From contig JBHLPF010000029.1 in assembly GCA_048939765.1 (NCBI GenBank), positions 1 through 47,747 of the forward strand: a stretch of DNA of 47,747 nt, in the 5' to 3' direction. Both the position numbers and the translations under genes were made by a program. Positions 19,075 to 28,441 of this stretch are shown here, in pieces. The notes below the pieces were generated by a model. The model searched no databases and was not told where the DNA came from. It was given only the letters and a program-made list of their open reading frames with translations. How positions within the stretch are numbered: position 1 is the first letter of the stretch; each line of letters begins with the position of its first letter. The stretch is from Promethearchaeota archaeon. Lineage in GTDB: Archaea > Asgardarchaeota > Thorarchaeia > Thorarchaeales > Thorarchaeaceae.

Positions 19075-20088
19075 ATGACTCGAATCGAAACCGCACACGG
19101 TGCCGGTGGAAAGGTGATGCAACGCCTACTAGAGGTTGTGATAATTCCTTCATTCAGTCATAGAAGACTCGGACCAATAGGTCTGGACGAGATGGATGAT
19201 GGCGCTACGTTCCAAATCGATGACACTAGGTTCATTGTGTGTACCGATGCTCATACCGTTCATCCATTGTTTTTTCCAGGGGGTAATATTGGAACACTTA
19301 CTGCCTGCGGCACAGTGAACGACCTTGCAGTCATGGGTGCGCAACCAGTGGCTATGACCAACACAGTCATCGTGGAGGAGGGGTTTGAGATTGACAGCCT
19401 GCAACGCATCCTCAAGTCGTTGAATGAAGTGATTGAACCGATTGGTGTAGCGATGATTGCCGGCGATACAAAGGTCATGCCCAGAGGCACGCTTGACGGC
19501 CTTGTGATGACTACAACTGGCATTGGAATTATCTACGGAAATGGACCGGTGGCAGATACTGGAGCCCAACCAGGTGACGACATCATTGTGACGGGGCCAA
19601 TTGGCGACCATGGGACATCGCTTCTTGCTCATAGAGAGGGGCTTGATTTCGACACCGACCTCACAAGTGATGTTGCACCATTATGGGACCCGATTCGGTC
19701 CTGCTTGGATGTGGGTGGAGTACATTCAATGAAGGATCCTACACGCGGGGGCACGGCAGTTGCATTGAATGAGATAGCATCCAAGTCTGGGGTGGAATTC
19801 GAGATACAAGAGAGTTTGATCCCTGTTCGACCAGCAGTGGTTTCTTTGTGCGGGATTCTTGGGTTGGATGTACTACACATGAGTTGCGAAGGCACCGCGG
19901 TCATGACGGTTGATTCTTCAAAGACAGATGAAATCTTACGGGCTTTGAGAACGCACGAGACAACTGCAGAATGTCGTTTAATTGGAAAGGTGAATGAGGG
20001 CAGTCCTCGAGTTGTCATGAAGACAGAGATTGGTGGGAGGAAGATAGTGCAAGTCCCATATGGAGAGCCAATCCCACGTGTCTGTTAG
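19075..20088 (+). CDS. hypE: Hydrogenase maturation carbamoyl dehydratase
   Basis: Motifs HGAGG, GTVNDLAVMGA, GDTKV, DPTRGG and C-terminal PRVC. Confidence 0.96.
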   Translation: MTRIETAHGAGGKVMQRLLEVVIIPSFSHRRLGPIGLDEMDDGATFQIDDTRFIVCTDAHTVHPLFFPGGNIGTLTACGTVNDLAVMGAQPVAMTNTVIVEEGFEIDSLQRILKSLNEVIEPIGVAMIAGDTKVMPRGTLDGLVMTTTGIGIIYGNGPVADTGAQPGDDIIVTGPIGDHGTSLLAHREGLDFDTDLTSDVAPLWDPIRSCLDVGGVHSMKDPTRGGTAVALNEIASKSGVEFEIQESLIPVRPAVVSLCGILGLDVLHMSCEGTAVMTVDSSKTDEILRALRTHETTAECRLIGKVNEGSPRVVMKTEIGGRKIVQVPYGEPIPRVC

Positions 20089-20100
20089 ATGTTTTCCACA

Positions 20101-20661
20101 CTAGAGTCCCAGGTCTGCTCTTGCTTCGATTTCCTGCTGATCCTGTAGTATCTTCTTCATTTGATGGCGAAGCTGAGCCTTGAGCTTAATCATATCATGG
20201 TCGAGACCAAAATAATCAGCAAAGAGGGGCGTAGTCTTCAGCGACTTACTCCTTCCTTCAGGAATCGCCTCAATGAACTTCTTCTCAATCAGTTCTTTGA
20301 TATGGTCATAGCAGTGAGTCCCTCTCTCAGCCACAAGCTCCGATTGTAGGATGGGCTGTTTCAAGGCCACATAAACTAGTGTCTGAAGCGTGGCGAATGA
20401 TAGAAGTCCACCCGGGATAAGTTTCGCGACATGAGGAGTCAATTCAGGCCTGAGTTGCATCACCCATCGCTCTCGGGGAAGCTCCACAACTTCAAGTGCT
20501 CCCTTTCGTTTATTGTACATATGACCAATCTCTTCCAACACTCGTTTTGTAGAGGACTCAGCTTTTCCCACAACAGCAGCCAGCTCCTCTATCGAAATTG
20601 GCCTTCCAGCCACATAGAGGGCAGCCTCTAGTTTCACCTTGTCATCATCCATAGAACTCAC
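20101..20661 (-). CDS. scpB: SMC-Scp complex KITE subunit
   Basis: Motifs LEAALY, TL..VA.KQPI, RG and TT..F.DYFGL; overlaps the scpA stop. Confidence 0.92.
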   Translation of the reverse strand: MSSMDDDKVKLEAALYVAGRPISIEELAAVVGKAESSTKRVLEEIGHMYNKRKGALEVVELPRERWVMQLRPELTPHVAKLIPGGLLSFATLQTLVYVALKQPILQSELVAERGTHCYDHIKELIEKKFIEAIPEGRSKSLKTTPLFADYFGLDHDMIKLKAQLRHQMKKILQDQQEIEARADLGL

Positions 20662-21374
20662 TTCGTTTCGATAGATGGATGTATCTCATCTTCCTCCTCA
20701 GACGGGGGAGGGGGAGGAAGCATCTTCACCCAGATGACATCATCTTCATCCATCCAGATGTCAATAAACGCTCTTCCATAGAGGTGAAGCAGGGCAAAGA
20801 AGACACGGACAATCTCCCTTCGAGTATTGTTCATAAGAATATCAACAAACTTTGCAGTTTCACCAATTTCCAATATTCTCAAGAGATCGTCATAGACTTC
20901 AGTTATGTTCTCCTCCACATCTGCCCTTGTAGTTTCCATTTTGAAGTCCATTGGCTCTATGCTGGGTCGATATCCTTTCTTCCGCGGAATAGCGTGCTGA
21001 CGAGGACCTTTGCTCAACACTCGGTCCATCGCTATTAGCAGTTCTTGAAGAGTGACTCGTTGATTGCTCACTCTAAATGGAGGTCGAATCAGAGGAATGA
21101 CAAGTTCTTCATCATCTGCATCCTTATCCGGAGGAAGAATCCCAAGCTCAACGAGTTCACGAGTCTTCCTCATGAATATGACAGATGCCGAGTACAGCGC
21201 ACTTCCTGAGATTCTGAAGTCAATGTCCCCTAGGCGTTTCATCTCACGAATGAAACCTGCAACTAGCTTACCGACATCAACATTCCACGGCTTGATCTTA
21301 TCCAGTTGAAGTACATCAGTGAGGAGAATGTAAGGCGGGGATGCCCAGAATGGTGAGTCCTCTTCCTCACTCAT
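20658..21374 (-). CDS. scpA: Kleisin, segregation and condensation protein A
   Basis: Motifs I.PW.VD, VTLQELL.A and C-terminal wHTH V..FFALLHL; lies between smc and scpB. Confidence 0.88.
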   Translation of the reverse strand: MSEEEDSPFWASPPYILLTDVLQLDKIKPWNVDVGKLVAGFIREMKRLGDIDFRISGSALYSASVIFMRKTRELVELGILPPDKDADDEELVIPLIRPPFRVSNQRVTLQELLIAMDRVLSKGPRQHAIPRKKGYRPSIEPMDFKMETTRADVEENITEVYDDLLRILEIGETAKFVDILMNNTRREIVRVFFALLHLYGRAFIDIWMDEDDVIWVKMLPPPPPSEEEDEIHPSIETK

Positions 21375-24300
21375 GCTACTTCTGCCACCTCCTCTAGGTC
21401 GAGCTTGACGATTCTTGAAATACCGTCCTGATTCGAAACGCCAACTAGGAGATCTGCCTTCCTGACTGTTGTCGTTCTCAAGGATACAACGATGAACTGG
21501 GATGATTTTGCCATCTCTGCGATAAGAAGGGCCACATTATGGGCATTGACATCATCTAATGCAGCATCAATCTCATCGAACACATAGAAGCTTGCTGGAT
21601 TATACATCTGGATGGCAAATATGAGCGCAAGACCCGTGATAGTCTTCTCGCCGCCACTCATGGCGTCCAGCGTCACCAGTTCTTTCCCTCTGGGTTTGGA
21701 TCTAACGGTGATACCGCCCATAAGTGGATGCTCTGGATTCTCAAGCATAAGTGTCGCCTCACCACCAGGTGAGAGCTTCGCAAAGACCTTTGCAAAGTTG
21801 TCTGCTATGTCATTGTACACCTGCAGGAATTTCCTAGTCTTCTCCGCTTCAATCTCTTCCATAAAAGCAAGAATCTCTTTATGTTCCTCCTCAAGTCGCG
21901 TCTTCTTGTCAACAATCTCCTCGTATTGGTCCTTCTCGATATCATAATCCGTGAGAGCCTTTAAGTTGACAGGTCCCAACACATCGAGCTCTCTCTCGAA
22001 TTCCTTTATCTTGTCATCGAAGGTATCAATCTCTTTGTAAGTCAGCTCCCGCTCCTTCGCCTTCTTGGCCATTTCCTCACTGGCATCTGCGAGTTCATTC
22101 AATTCGGCTGTAAGTCCAACCAAGTCGCTTTCGAGTCGTGATTGCTCCGTCTGGAGTCTATAGACTGCTTTCTCATTCGCAGTCTGCTCCTCCCGAATCT
22201 CCTCATGACGGAATCTGAGGTTTCGGAGATGTTCTTTCAACTCAAGCTGACGTACTCGTTTGTCCTTCACCGCCTCGTCTATCTTCTCACGTTCGGTCTT
22301 CAGCTTCTCAAAGTCCTGTTCTTTCTCCTTCAAATCAGATTGCAGCGCATCTACTCGTTTCTCCATGTCTGGAATACCCTTTTGCACCGTCTTCAGGCGA
22401 ACATCTAGCTCGGTGAGCTTCGGCTTGAGACGTTCATCCAGTGCTACTTTCAGACCAGTTATTTCGCTTGTCAGAACCTCGCGTTCTTGGTTATGGTGAT
22501 TGAGAACTTCTTTGAGATCCTTTAGATACTGAGTTAGTTTGGCGGTGTCGGATGTAGCCAAGGTTTCATTGGCCTCATCTCTTTGTTCTCTGACCCTCTC
22601 TCTGTGCTCTGACAGCTCAGAGTCCCTCTCCTGAAGCTCCGAAATCTGAGTTTCGAGTTCCTTGATTGTAACTTGAGCCTTGCTGATCTTCTCTTTGAGA
22701 AGGGCAGTCCTATTCTCTTTCTCTTCTAATCGTTCTTCAAGTCCTTCAAGTTCGAGCTTCGCTCTGTAGTTATTCTTCGAGAGGTCTTGAATCTCCAGGT
22801 CCAGCTTGCTCTTTTCCTTTTGAAGGCTATCCCGCTGATTGCGTAACTCTGACAATATCTCACTTAGTCCCTTGAGACGTTCGGCAATCTCTGGACTGGT
22901 GTCTTCCAGTTGAAGAGAGAGACCGGTCGCAGGTTTGTAGTAGTGACCGCCAGTAATCAGACCTGACCGTTCAACCAGATCGCCCTCTAGTGATACTGCT
23001 CTACGCCCCTTGAATCCCATTGCCTTTGCGGTTTCAAAGTCCTCCGTGACTAACGTGTCTTGGAAAACAAACTCGAAGGCTGGTCTCATTTTCTCATCGA
23101 ATTTTACAAGGTCAATCGCCAGGCCTATGACACCACGGTCATGAGGGACTCTCCCTGGCTTTTTGGTACTGATTCTATTGAGTGGGATGAATGAAGCTCT
23201 GCCAACCTTCTCAATCTTAAGTATGTTAACACATTTAGTGGCGACATCGTCATTCTCTACCACTATATGGGTGAGCCTGCTCCCTCCAGCGATTTCCATA
23301 GCTGAGGCATACTCAGAGTCGATTGTACCCAGCTCAGCTACTGTTCCATGGATGCCTTCCACAGTCTTTGAGTCACGGAGTTCGAGAATTCGACGGATTG
23401 CACGTTGTCGCTTTAGGAATGCTTCTTCAGCCTCTTTCAAAGCATCCTGTCGTGCTTGGACGCGAATTAGCTCCTCTTTTGTCTTTTCGACTATCTGGGC
23501 TGATTCTCGAACCTGCGCTTCTACCGTCCTGAGATTGTTCTCAATTCTTGCGACTTCATCTCCCTTGTTCCCTTCATTCTCTTCCGCTTGCTTGAGGGTT
23601 TCACGTCTTTCCGGTATGACTCTGCGAAGGTCTGACAGCTCTTCTTCCGTCTTTTCCAGCATCTCTGTTGAATCACGAAGCTCCTCATAGTTCATTCCAA
23701 GCTCTTTGCCATCGGTCTTTATCGCTGAACGAACCTCAGACACCCCTTCATCAAGCGCTCTCATCTGATTATTGAGATCTTGTAGCCTTAGTGTGATCTC
23801 AAATGATGTTGCTTGTTCCTTCTCTATTCGGTCCTCTAATCCGCTAATCTTGTTTGTACAGCCAAGTATCTCCTCATCCAATCTGGAAAGCTCTTGGTCT
23901 TTCTCCTTAACGAGCGCGTCTGAACCACTCACCTGTTCTTGGATTGACTGAATTTCAACCTCGACAGAAGTTCGCTCATCCATCTTCGTGTTGTATTCGC
24001 CCTGCATGCGTTCAAGATCTGCTCTGGCATGGTCTACAGCTGCTGAAACAACTCCGTATTGCTCTGAGATTCTAGCAGAGTCTCCGCCGGTTATTTGGTC
24101 AATTTCTCCATCAATGCTCTCGATCTCGAGGTCAGTGTCACCAATGCCCTGTTCCACTTCAACAAGTTCCCTGGAGAGGTTCTCCGCCTCTTCTGCTCTC
24201 TCGCCGAGAGTTTCTTGGATAGTTTCAATCCTGCTCTTTCCTTTGATAGCCCGCCAAGCTATGCTGTCGATTCTGACCTGTTTTATCTGCTTGTGAAGAC

Positions 24301-24961
24301 TCTGATGTCTGCGGGCATCAGTCATTTCTTCTTCAAGCTTCTCAAGTTGGCGCCTTCGTTCCTGAAGCTGCATCTCAACCTTTCCGAGATTAGTTTCGCT
24401 CTCTGCGAGTCTCTTGAGCGCACGCTCCTTTTGTTCATCGTATGCAGATATTCCAGCAATCTCTTCTATCAGCTTGCGCCTGTCTGTGGGGCTTACTTTT
24501 ACAATCTGTGCGATCTCTCCTTGTAGAACCAGATTGTATCCATTGGGATCGACACCAATTGCCCCTAGGACCTCTATGACCTGCGTTCTTGTTACAACTT
24601 TGCCATTGATTCGACATGTGGACTTGCCGGAATCATCAAGCTCTCTCTCAATCACAACTTTGTCTGAATCTACCTGCAGCTTTCTATCTCTGTTATCAAA
24701 ATGAAGCTCTACAGTAGCAGACTTGGCTTTGGGAGGCATATCCGGTTTTGGTGGCGAATACAGAAGGTCAGAGAACACGTTTGCACGAAGTGTCTTTGCG
24801 CTGAGCTGCCCAAGTACGAACAATACTGCATCAATGACGTTTGACTTGCCTGATCCATTAGGTCCAACAATACATGTGAAGCCCTCGTTGAGCTTGATGG
24901 TGACCGTGTCTCGTCCAAATGACTTGAAGCCCTTGCATACAAGCTTCTCTATGTGGACCAA
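21371..24961 (-). CDS. smc: Chromosome segregation ATPase SMC
   Basis: Walker A GPNGSGKSN, Q-loop LQG, hinge GIHGTVAEL..GRASFIPL..G.ITGG, signature MSGGEK, Walker B FDEIDAALD; long coiled coils. Confidence 0.98.
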   Translation of the reverse strand: MVHIEKLVCKGFKSFGRDTVTIKLNEGFTCIVGPNGSGKSNVIDAVLFVLGQLSAKTLRANVFSDLLYSPPKPDMPPKAKSATVELHFDNRDRKLQVDSDKVVIERELDDSGKSTCRINGKVVTRTQVIEVLGAIGVDPNGYNLVLQGEIAQIVKVSPTDRRKLIEEIAGISAYDEQKERALKRLAESETNLGKVEMQLQERRRQLEKLEEEMTDARRHQSLHKQIKQVRIDSIAWRAIKGKSRIETIQETLGERAEEAENLSRELVEVEQGIGDTDLEIESIDGEIDQITGGDSARISEQYGVVSAAVDHARADLERMQGEYNTKMDERTSVEVEIQSIQEQVSGSDALVKEKDQELSRLDEEILGCTNKISGLEDRIEKEQATSFEITLRLQDLNNQMRALDEGVSEVRSAIKTDGKELGMNYEELRDSTEMLEKTEEELSDLRRVIPERRETLKQAEENEGNKGDEVARIENNLRTVEAQVRESAQIVEKTKEELIRVQARQDALKEAEEAFLKRQRAIRRILELRDSKTVEGIHGTVAELGTIDSEYASAMEIAGGSRLTHIVVENDDVATKCVNILKIEKVGRASFIPLNRISTKKPGRVPHDRGVIGLAIDLVKFDEKMRPAFEFVFQDTLVTEDFETAKAMGFKGRRAVSLEGDLVERSGLITGGHYYKPATGLSLQLEDTSPEIAERLKGLSEILSELRNQRDSLQKEKSKLDLEIQDLSKNNYRAKLELEGLEERLEEKENRTALLKEKISKAQVTIKELETQISELQERDSELSEHRERVREQRDEANETLATSDTAKLTQYLKDLKEVLNHHNQEREVLTSEITGLKVALDERLKPKLTELDVRLKTVQKGIPDMEKRVDALQSDLKEKEQDFEKLKTEREKIDEAVKDKRVRQLELKEHLRNLRFRHEEIREEQTANEKAVYRLQTEQSRLESDLVGLTAELNELADASEEMAKKAKERELTYKEIDTFDDKIKEFERELDVLGPVNLKALTDYDIEKDQYEEIVDKKTRLEEEHKEILAFMEEIEAEKTRKFLQVYNDIADNFAKVFAKLSPGGEATLMLENPEHPLMGGITVRSKPRGKELVTLDAMSGGEKTITGLALIFAIQMYNPASFYVFDEIDAALDDVNAHNVALLIAEMAKSSQFIVVSLRTTTVRKADLLVGVSNQDGISRIVKLDLEEVAEVA

Positions 24962-25156
24962 GACGCTCCCTTCCCGGCTCTAGACGATTATCATATGATA
25001 GGCGTGTCTGTTGTACAGCCTTGATATTGCACGGCCCTAAATATGATTGGTACTACCTTGGTATTACCCAGACCTTATTCAGGTATGCCTATGCATCTTC
25101 GACTAGCAAAAGAAGTCCAAAAAAAGGTAACTCTGCAGCATTTTGGATTCAGAAAG

Positions 25157-25519
25157 TCAGCTAACCATTGCCACTAAGGCTCGCTTAAGAGCCATTCTTA
25201 GCAGTCCCATGGACTCGCGAGCTCCCTCTCCTGCAATTCCAGCAAGAACTACCTTTACATCGCCTAGAATTACGATGTAGCCATTGTCAGCCGCGACGGA
25301 TACCTCTTTCAATCCTCCCTTGTCTAGTCCACTGGATAGTTGCGAGGAGTTTCCAGCAATCTTGACTGCAAGGTTTGCGACATCAGAATGCTTGATGCCC
25401 CCACTGATAGTATGACCAAAGATCACGTTCCCCTTTGCATCGCATACTACTATGCCCTCTAAGTTCTCATTGGCCGCCATTGTATCGGCAATCACTTGCT
25501 TTACCTTTTCTTCATCCAC
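25157..25519 (-). CDS. Roadblock/LC7 domain protein (divergently transcribed)
   Basis: Roadblock pattern: GIVVCD..G.V, long helix, L.KG.L.EV.V....GYIVI, C-terminal GLLR helix. Confidence 0.8.
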   Translation of the reverse strand: MDEEKVKQVIADTMAANENLEGIVVCDAKGNVIFGHTISGGIKHSDVANLAVKIAGNSSQLSSGLDKGGLKEVSVAADNGYIVILGDVKVVLAGIAGEGARESMGLLRMALKRALVAMVS

Positions 25520-25679
25520 TTTGACATACTCTCCGTGGGCACTGCCTGTCTGAATGGTGCTATTCTTCTAAAAACCGTTTCTCCTATAAATGGGAGTATT
25601 CCTTTCGCGGATGATTTTCGTAGCTTAGGTTAAATACGCAAATGTGAACCTAGGCCCAAGACTTTTGGAGTCGAATTTA

Positions 25680-27305
25680 ATGCCTATGCTGAGAACTACT
25701 TCGGAGGCTTTTCCTTCATCAAAGGATGTACTGAAAGACCTCCCATACGTCTTGCGAGTCGAATTTGGAGACTTGGCACGAGACGTTACTAAGATTGTTG
25801 GTAAGCCAATTGCTTGCCATAAATGCAATGGCTTCCTTCTCAGTGTAGATCAGATACTAGAGGATGACAAAGTCGGAAAGCACTTTGTCTGTCCTTTCTG
25901 TGGTACACTGAATGTTATTGAAGGGGAGATCGTTGTCGCAGGCGACGATACAGACTTCGTTGTGAAACCACCACAAGACATAGAGACCGGTACTGATACA
26001 ATCTCAACAGGCGGCCGGTCTTTCTTGGCGTTGATAGACGTTTCTGGGTCCATGGCTGGCGAAAACTTGGCAGCAGTAAAGCGCAGTCTAAACACATCAA
26101 TTGACAGTCTGGCAGCCAACACTCCAGACGCAATGTTTGGTCTGATTGAGTTTGAAAGCACTGTGGTCTGCAGAAATCTGGAAACCGGGGAGCCCATCGA
26201 ACTCCCGAGAGAGTCCTTCCAAAGTCTGGACTCGATCATGGATTCGACGAAGAGCCTGTTGGACAAAATCAAGATGGTCAAGGTCGGTGACAAGTCATCA
26301 GATCTGAAACGACATGTTGCTGCGCTGAGAGACCAGGGTGGAACTGCACTGGGGCCAGCTGTGGGTATGGCCTACACAATAGCCAAACACCGAGATGTTG
26401 GTCGAATTGTGCTTCTCACCGACGGGCTTGCCAATGAAGGAATTGGCGCCCTTGAGGGATACCAGGTCACTCCTGCCAACAAATACTACGAAGACCTCGG
26501 TGATGAGTTCAGAAAGATTGGAGCCGCCTTCGATGTCGTAGGTATCGCGTCAGGTGGAGCCATGGAACTCAAGACACTGGGTCTGTTGCCGGAGGCTACT
26601 GGAGGCACTATGTACTATGTGACACCTAATGAACTGGATAGAAGCCTCTCAGAGCTTGCAGGAGCAGCCCTTCTGGGGCGTGATGTGGAGGTCAAACTCA
26701 TCACACCTGAGGGAGTCAGGCTCAAGGATGCATCTGGTGCATCCCGTGCAGTTCTTGAGGAGCTCAAGAAGAAGGGCGGCGGAAAGATTGGAGTTGTCGG
26801 TGAGGATCATGAGCTATACTTTGAGGTAGAGCCTGAGAAGAAGATCAAGGATGAGGAAGTCCCGATTCAGGTACAGGTCTCTTACACTGACAATGAGGGT
26901 GCGAGAAGGGTCCGTGCAGTGACAACCAAACTGAAGGTTTCTGAGAAAGAGGATGAGATCATGAAGACTCTCGACCCAACTGTAGGCGCGACCTTTGTCA
27001 CTCAGAAAGCTGGTGAGGATGCAGTAAGGGGCGACCGCAAGAAGGGCAAGGAGAGACTTGCCTTATTCAGGACCGCCATGAAGGCTCGTGCAAAGGCTGC
27101 ACCCAAGCCCGTCAAGGCGATGCTCGATAAGGCCGATGATGTCCTTGAGAGTGAAGAGATGGAGCTTGAGCGTCAGGAGGCACGGTTGATGGAAGCCCCT
27201 GCTGGAGGCGCTGCACCATCTGCAGCCGCTGACATGACTGCGGTCGAAAACCTAGCTCAAATGAAGCGTAGCTCTAAGAGGATGTTTGACGACAACGAAG
27301 AATAA
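25680..27305 (+). CDS. Sec23/Sec24-like Zn finger + vWA + beta-sandwich protein
   Basis: PIACHKC...FVCPFCGTLN; MIDAS DVSGSM, GGTALG and LLTDG; TGG; QVSYTD.EG.RRVR..T. Start placed at ATG 25680/25686 because TTAAATA (25630-36) lies too close to GTG 25644. Confidence 0.8.
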   Translation: MPMLRTTSEAFPSSKDVLKDLPYVLRVEFGDLARDVTKIVGKPIACHKCNGFLLSVDQILEDDKVGKHFVCPFCGTLNVIEGEIVVAGDDTDFVVKPPQDIETGTDTISTGGRSFLALIDVSGSMAGENLAAVKRSLNTSIDSLAANTPDAMFGLIEFESTVVCRNLETGEPIELPRESFQSLDSIMDSTKSLLDKIKMVKVGDKSSDLKRHVAALRDQGGTALGPAVGMAYTIAKHRDVGRIVLLTDGLANEGIGALEGYQVTPANKYYEDLGDEFRKIGAAFDVVGIASGGAMELKTLGLLPEATGGTMYYVTPNELDRSLSELAGAALLGRDVEVKLITPEGVRLKDASGASRAVLEELKKKGGGKIGVVGEDHELYFEVEPEKKIKDEEVPIQVQVSYTDNEGARRVRAVTTKLKVSEKEDEIMKTLDPTVGATFVTQKAGEDAVRGDRKKGKERLALFRTAMKARAKAAPKPVKAMLDKADDVLESEEMELERQEARLMEAPAGGAAPSAAADMTAVENLAQMKRSSKRMFDDNEE

Positions 27306-27314
27306 ACGATAACA

Positions 27315-27357
27315 GAGTGGCGTTGCTGCGAGCAGCGTCGCTCAACCCTCTTTTTCT
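27315..27357 (+). terminator. Hairpin plus T-tract after the Sec23/24-like gene
   Basis: GAGTGGCGTTGCT-GCG-AGCAGCGTCGCTC (13 bp, 3 G-U pairs), then CTCTTTTTCT. Confidence 0.55.
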
Positions 27358-27499
27358 GTCATACAGGCTTCGGTTGGTACAAGTTTCAAAATGCGCAAAC
27401 GGGCTCTCTTACCATAATAATGTCATCATAACTGCTAAATACCCAACTGCGGCGTTAGGATTTGTCAAATGGACAATTGAAAGCAGCGGAGATTCTACT

Positions 27500-27796
27500 T
27501 TGATAAGTCAAGAGCGGCTCAACAGCATCCTCCAACAACTAAAGGCTCAAGACGGCGTCCGTGGGGTCGTGGTCACCACCATGGAAGGTCTTCCTCTGAG
27601 CAGTGACCTGGATGCAGAAACAACCGAGAACGTCGCTGCAATCATAACCTCTCTTGTAGGAAAGGCACTGGACACGGTGCGTCTCCTACGCGAGGGATCA
27701 TTGTCCTTCCTTACCTTGGACACAACACAAGGTCAAATAAACATCGCACCCGATGAAAAAGAGGGCCTGATATTAGTGGTCCTCAAGAAGAACTAG
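27500..27796 (+). CDS. Short roadblock protein resembling dynein light chain roadblock (DYNLRB/LC7)
   Basis: TTG at 27500 after GGAGA; GV.GVVV...EGLP..S, KA..TVR.L, L.FL and I.IAPD; no C-terminal helix. Confidence 0.85.
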   Translation: MISQERLNSILQQLKAQDGVRGVVVTTMEGLPLSSDLDAETTENVAAIITSLVGKALDTVRLLREGSLSFLTLDTTQGQINIAPDEKEGLILVVLKKN

Positions 27797-27815
27797 TATG
27801 TATGGGGCTATATCC

Positions 27816-28286
27816 ATGAGCGATCCGAAAGCGTTCGACAGAATCCTCACGGACATCATCCGTCAAGAAAAGGGAATCCGCAAGGTCATCCTTGTAGATA
27901 AGACAGGTCTGACTATTGCTAACGTGAGCAAGCTGTCATATTATCCAGTGGACGTCGACAGTATCGGCGCAATTGCGTCTGCGGTCTTTTGTGCCTCAGA
28001 GGAACAAGGAAAGAATCTGCAGATCGGCGAGCTCGAGATTGTCACGAGCGAGTTTAGCGAGGGCAAGATATTCGCATCTGCGTGCGGCAAGGGTGTGCTG
28101 TGCGTTGTGTCTGATGCCGATGTTAATATAGGCATGATACGTCTTGTCATGAAGAAGCAGGGTGTTCAGCTCGCAGACGAGCTTGACAAGTTCCTGGCAG
28201 TGGAGCCACTAGCTCCCAGCGGTAAGGACAAGGAGCTGGATGAGGAGGACCTCAAGTCCGCCCTCGCAGAGCTTGAGAGGGTCTGA
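27816..28286 (+). CDS. MglB-like roadblock protein with acidic C-terminal helix
   Basis: LVDKTGL.IA, A.ASA.F, NIGMIRL; tail DEEDLKSALAELERV. Confidence 0.85.
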   Translation: MSDPKAFDRILTDIIRQEKGIRKVILVDKTGLTIANVSKLSYYPVDVDSIGAIASAVFCASEEQGKNLQIGELEIVTSEFSEGKIFASACGKGVLCVVSDADVNIGMIRLVMKKQGVQLADELDKFLAVEPLAPSGKDKELDEEDLKSALAELERV

Positions 28287-28441
28287 CCGCTTCGAGGCGG
28301 TTGACCTTGTACGCTCTACAGCCCCAATTGTGCCACAAACCCTTTTATGAGACCACACTTTTGGGCTTATCAGCCCCCCGAGCAGGGCCTCCATTTGAGG
28401 CCAAGATGAGCACAGGCAGTGACGCAGCGAGGTGAACAGCG

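Noticed and set aside
17269-20088. Hydrogenase operon
   Set aside because: Only hypA and hypE are present, separated by unrelated genes; no catalytic subunits.
21612-24983. Multiple Ser-rich + strand ORFs
   Set aside because: Antisense shadows of the smc coiled-coil coding sequence.
25157-25519. Profilin call for the divergent small gene
   Set aside because: The helix/strand order and the C-terminal G-L-L-R helix fit roadblock/MglB better.
25680-27305. Bona fide Sec23 GAP or a complete COPII coat
   Set aside because: No gelsolin domain or arginine finger is evident, the GTPase is MglA-type rather than Sar1, and no Sec13/31-like gene is in the window.
27317-27499. 61-aa N-terminal extension of the LC7-like roadblock in the ORF track
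   Set aside because: It runs through a terminator-like hairpin and spacer; an SD-supported TTG at 27500 matches the domain start.
28433-28435. Selenocysteine at the in-frame TGA before the GTPase
   Set aside because: The TGA is part of a canonical SD (GAGGTGA), the position is not catalytic, and I could not identify a SECIS.
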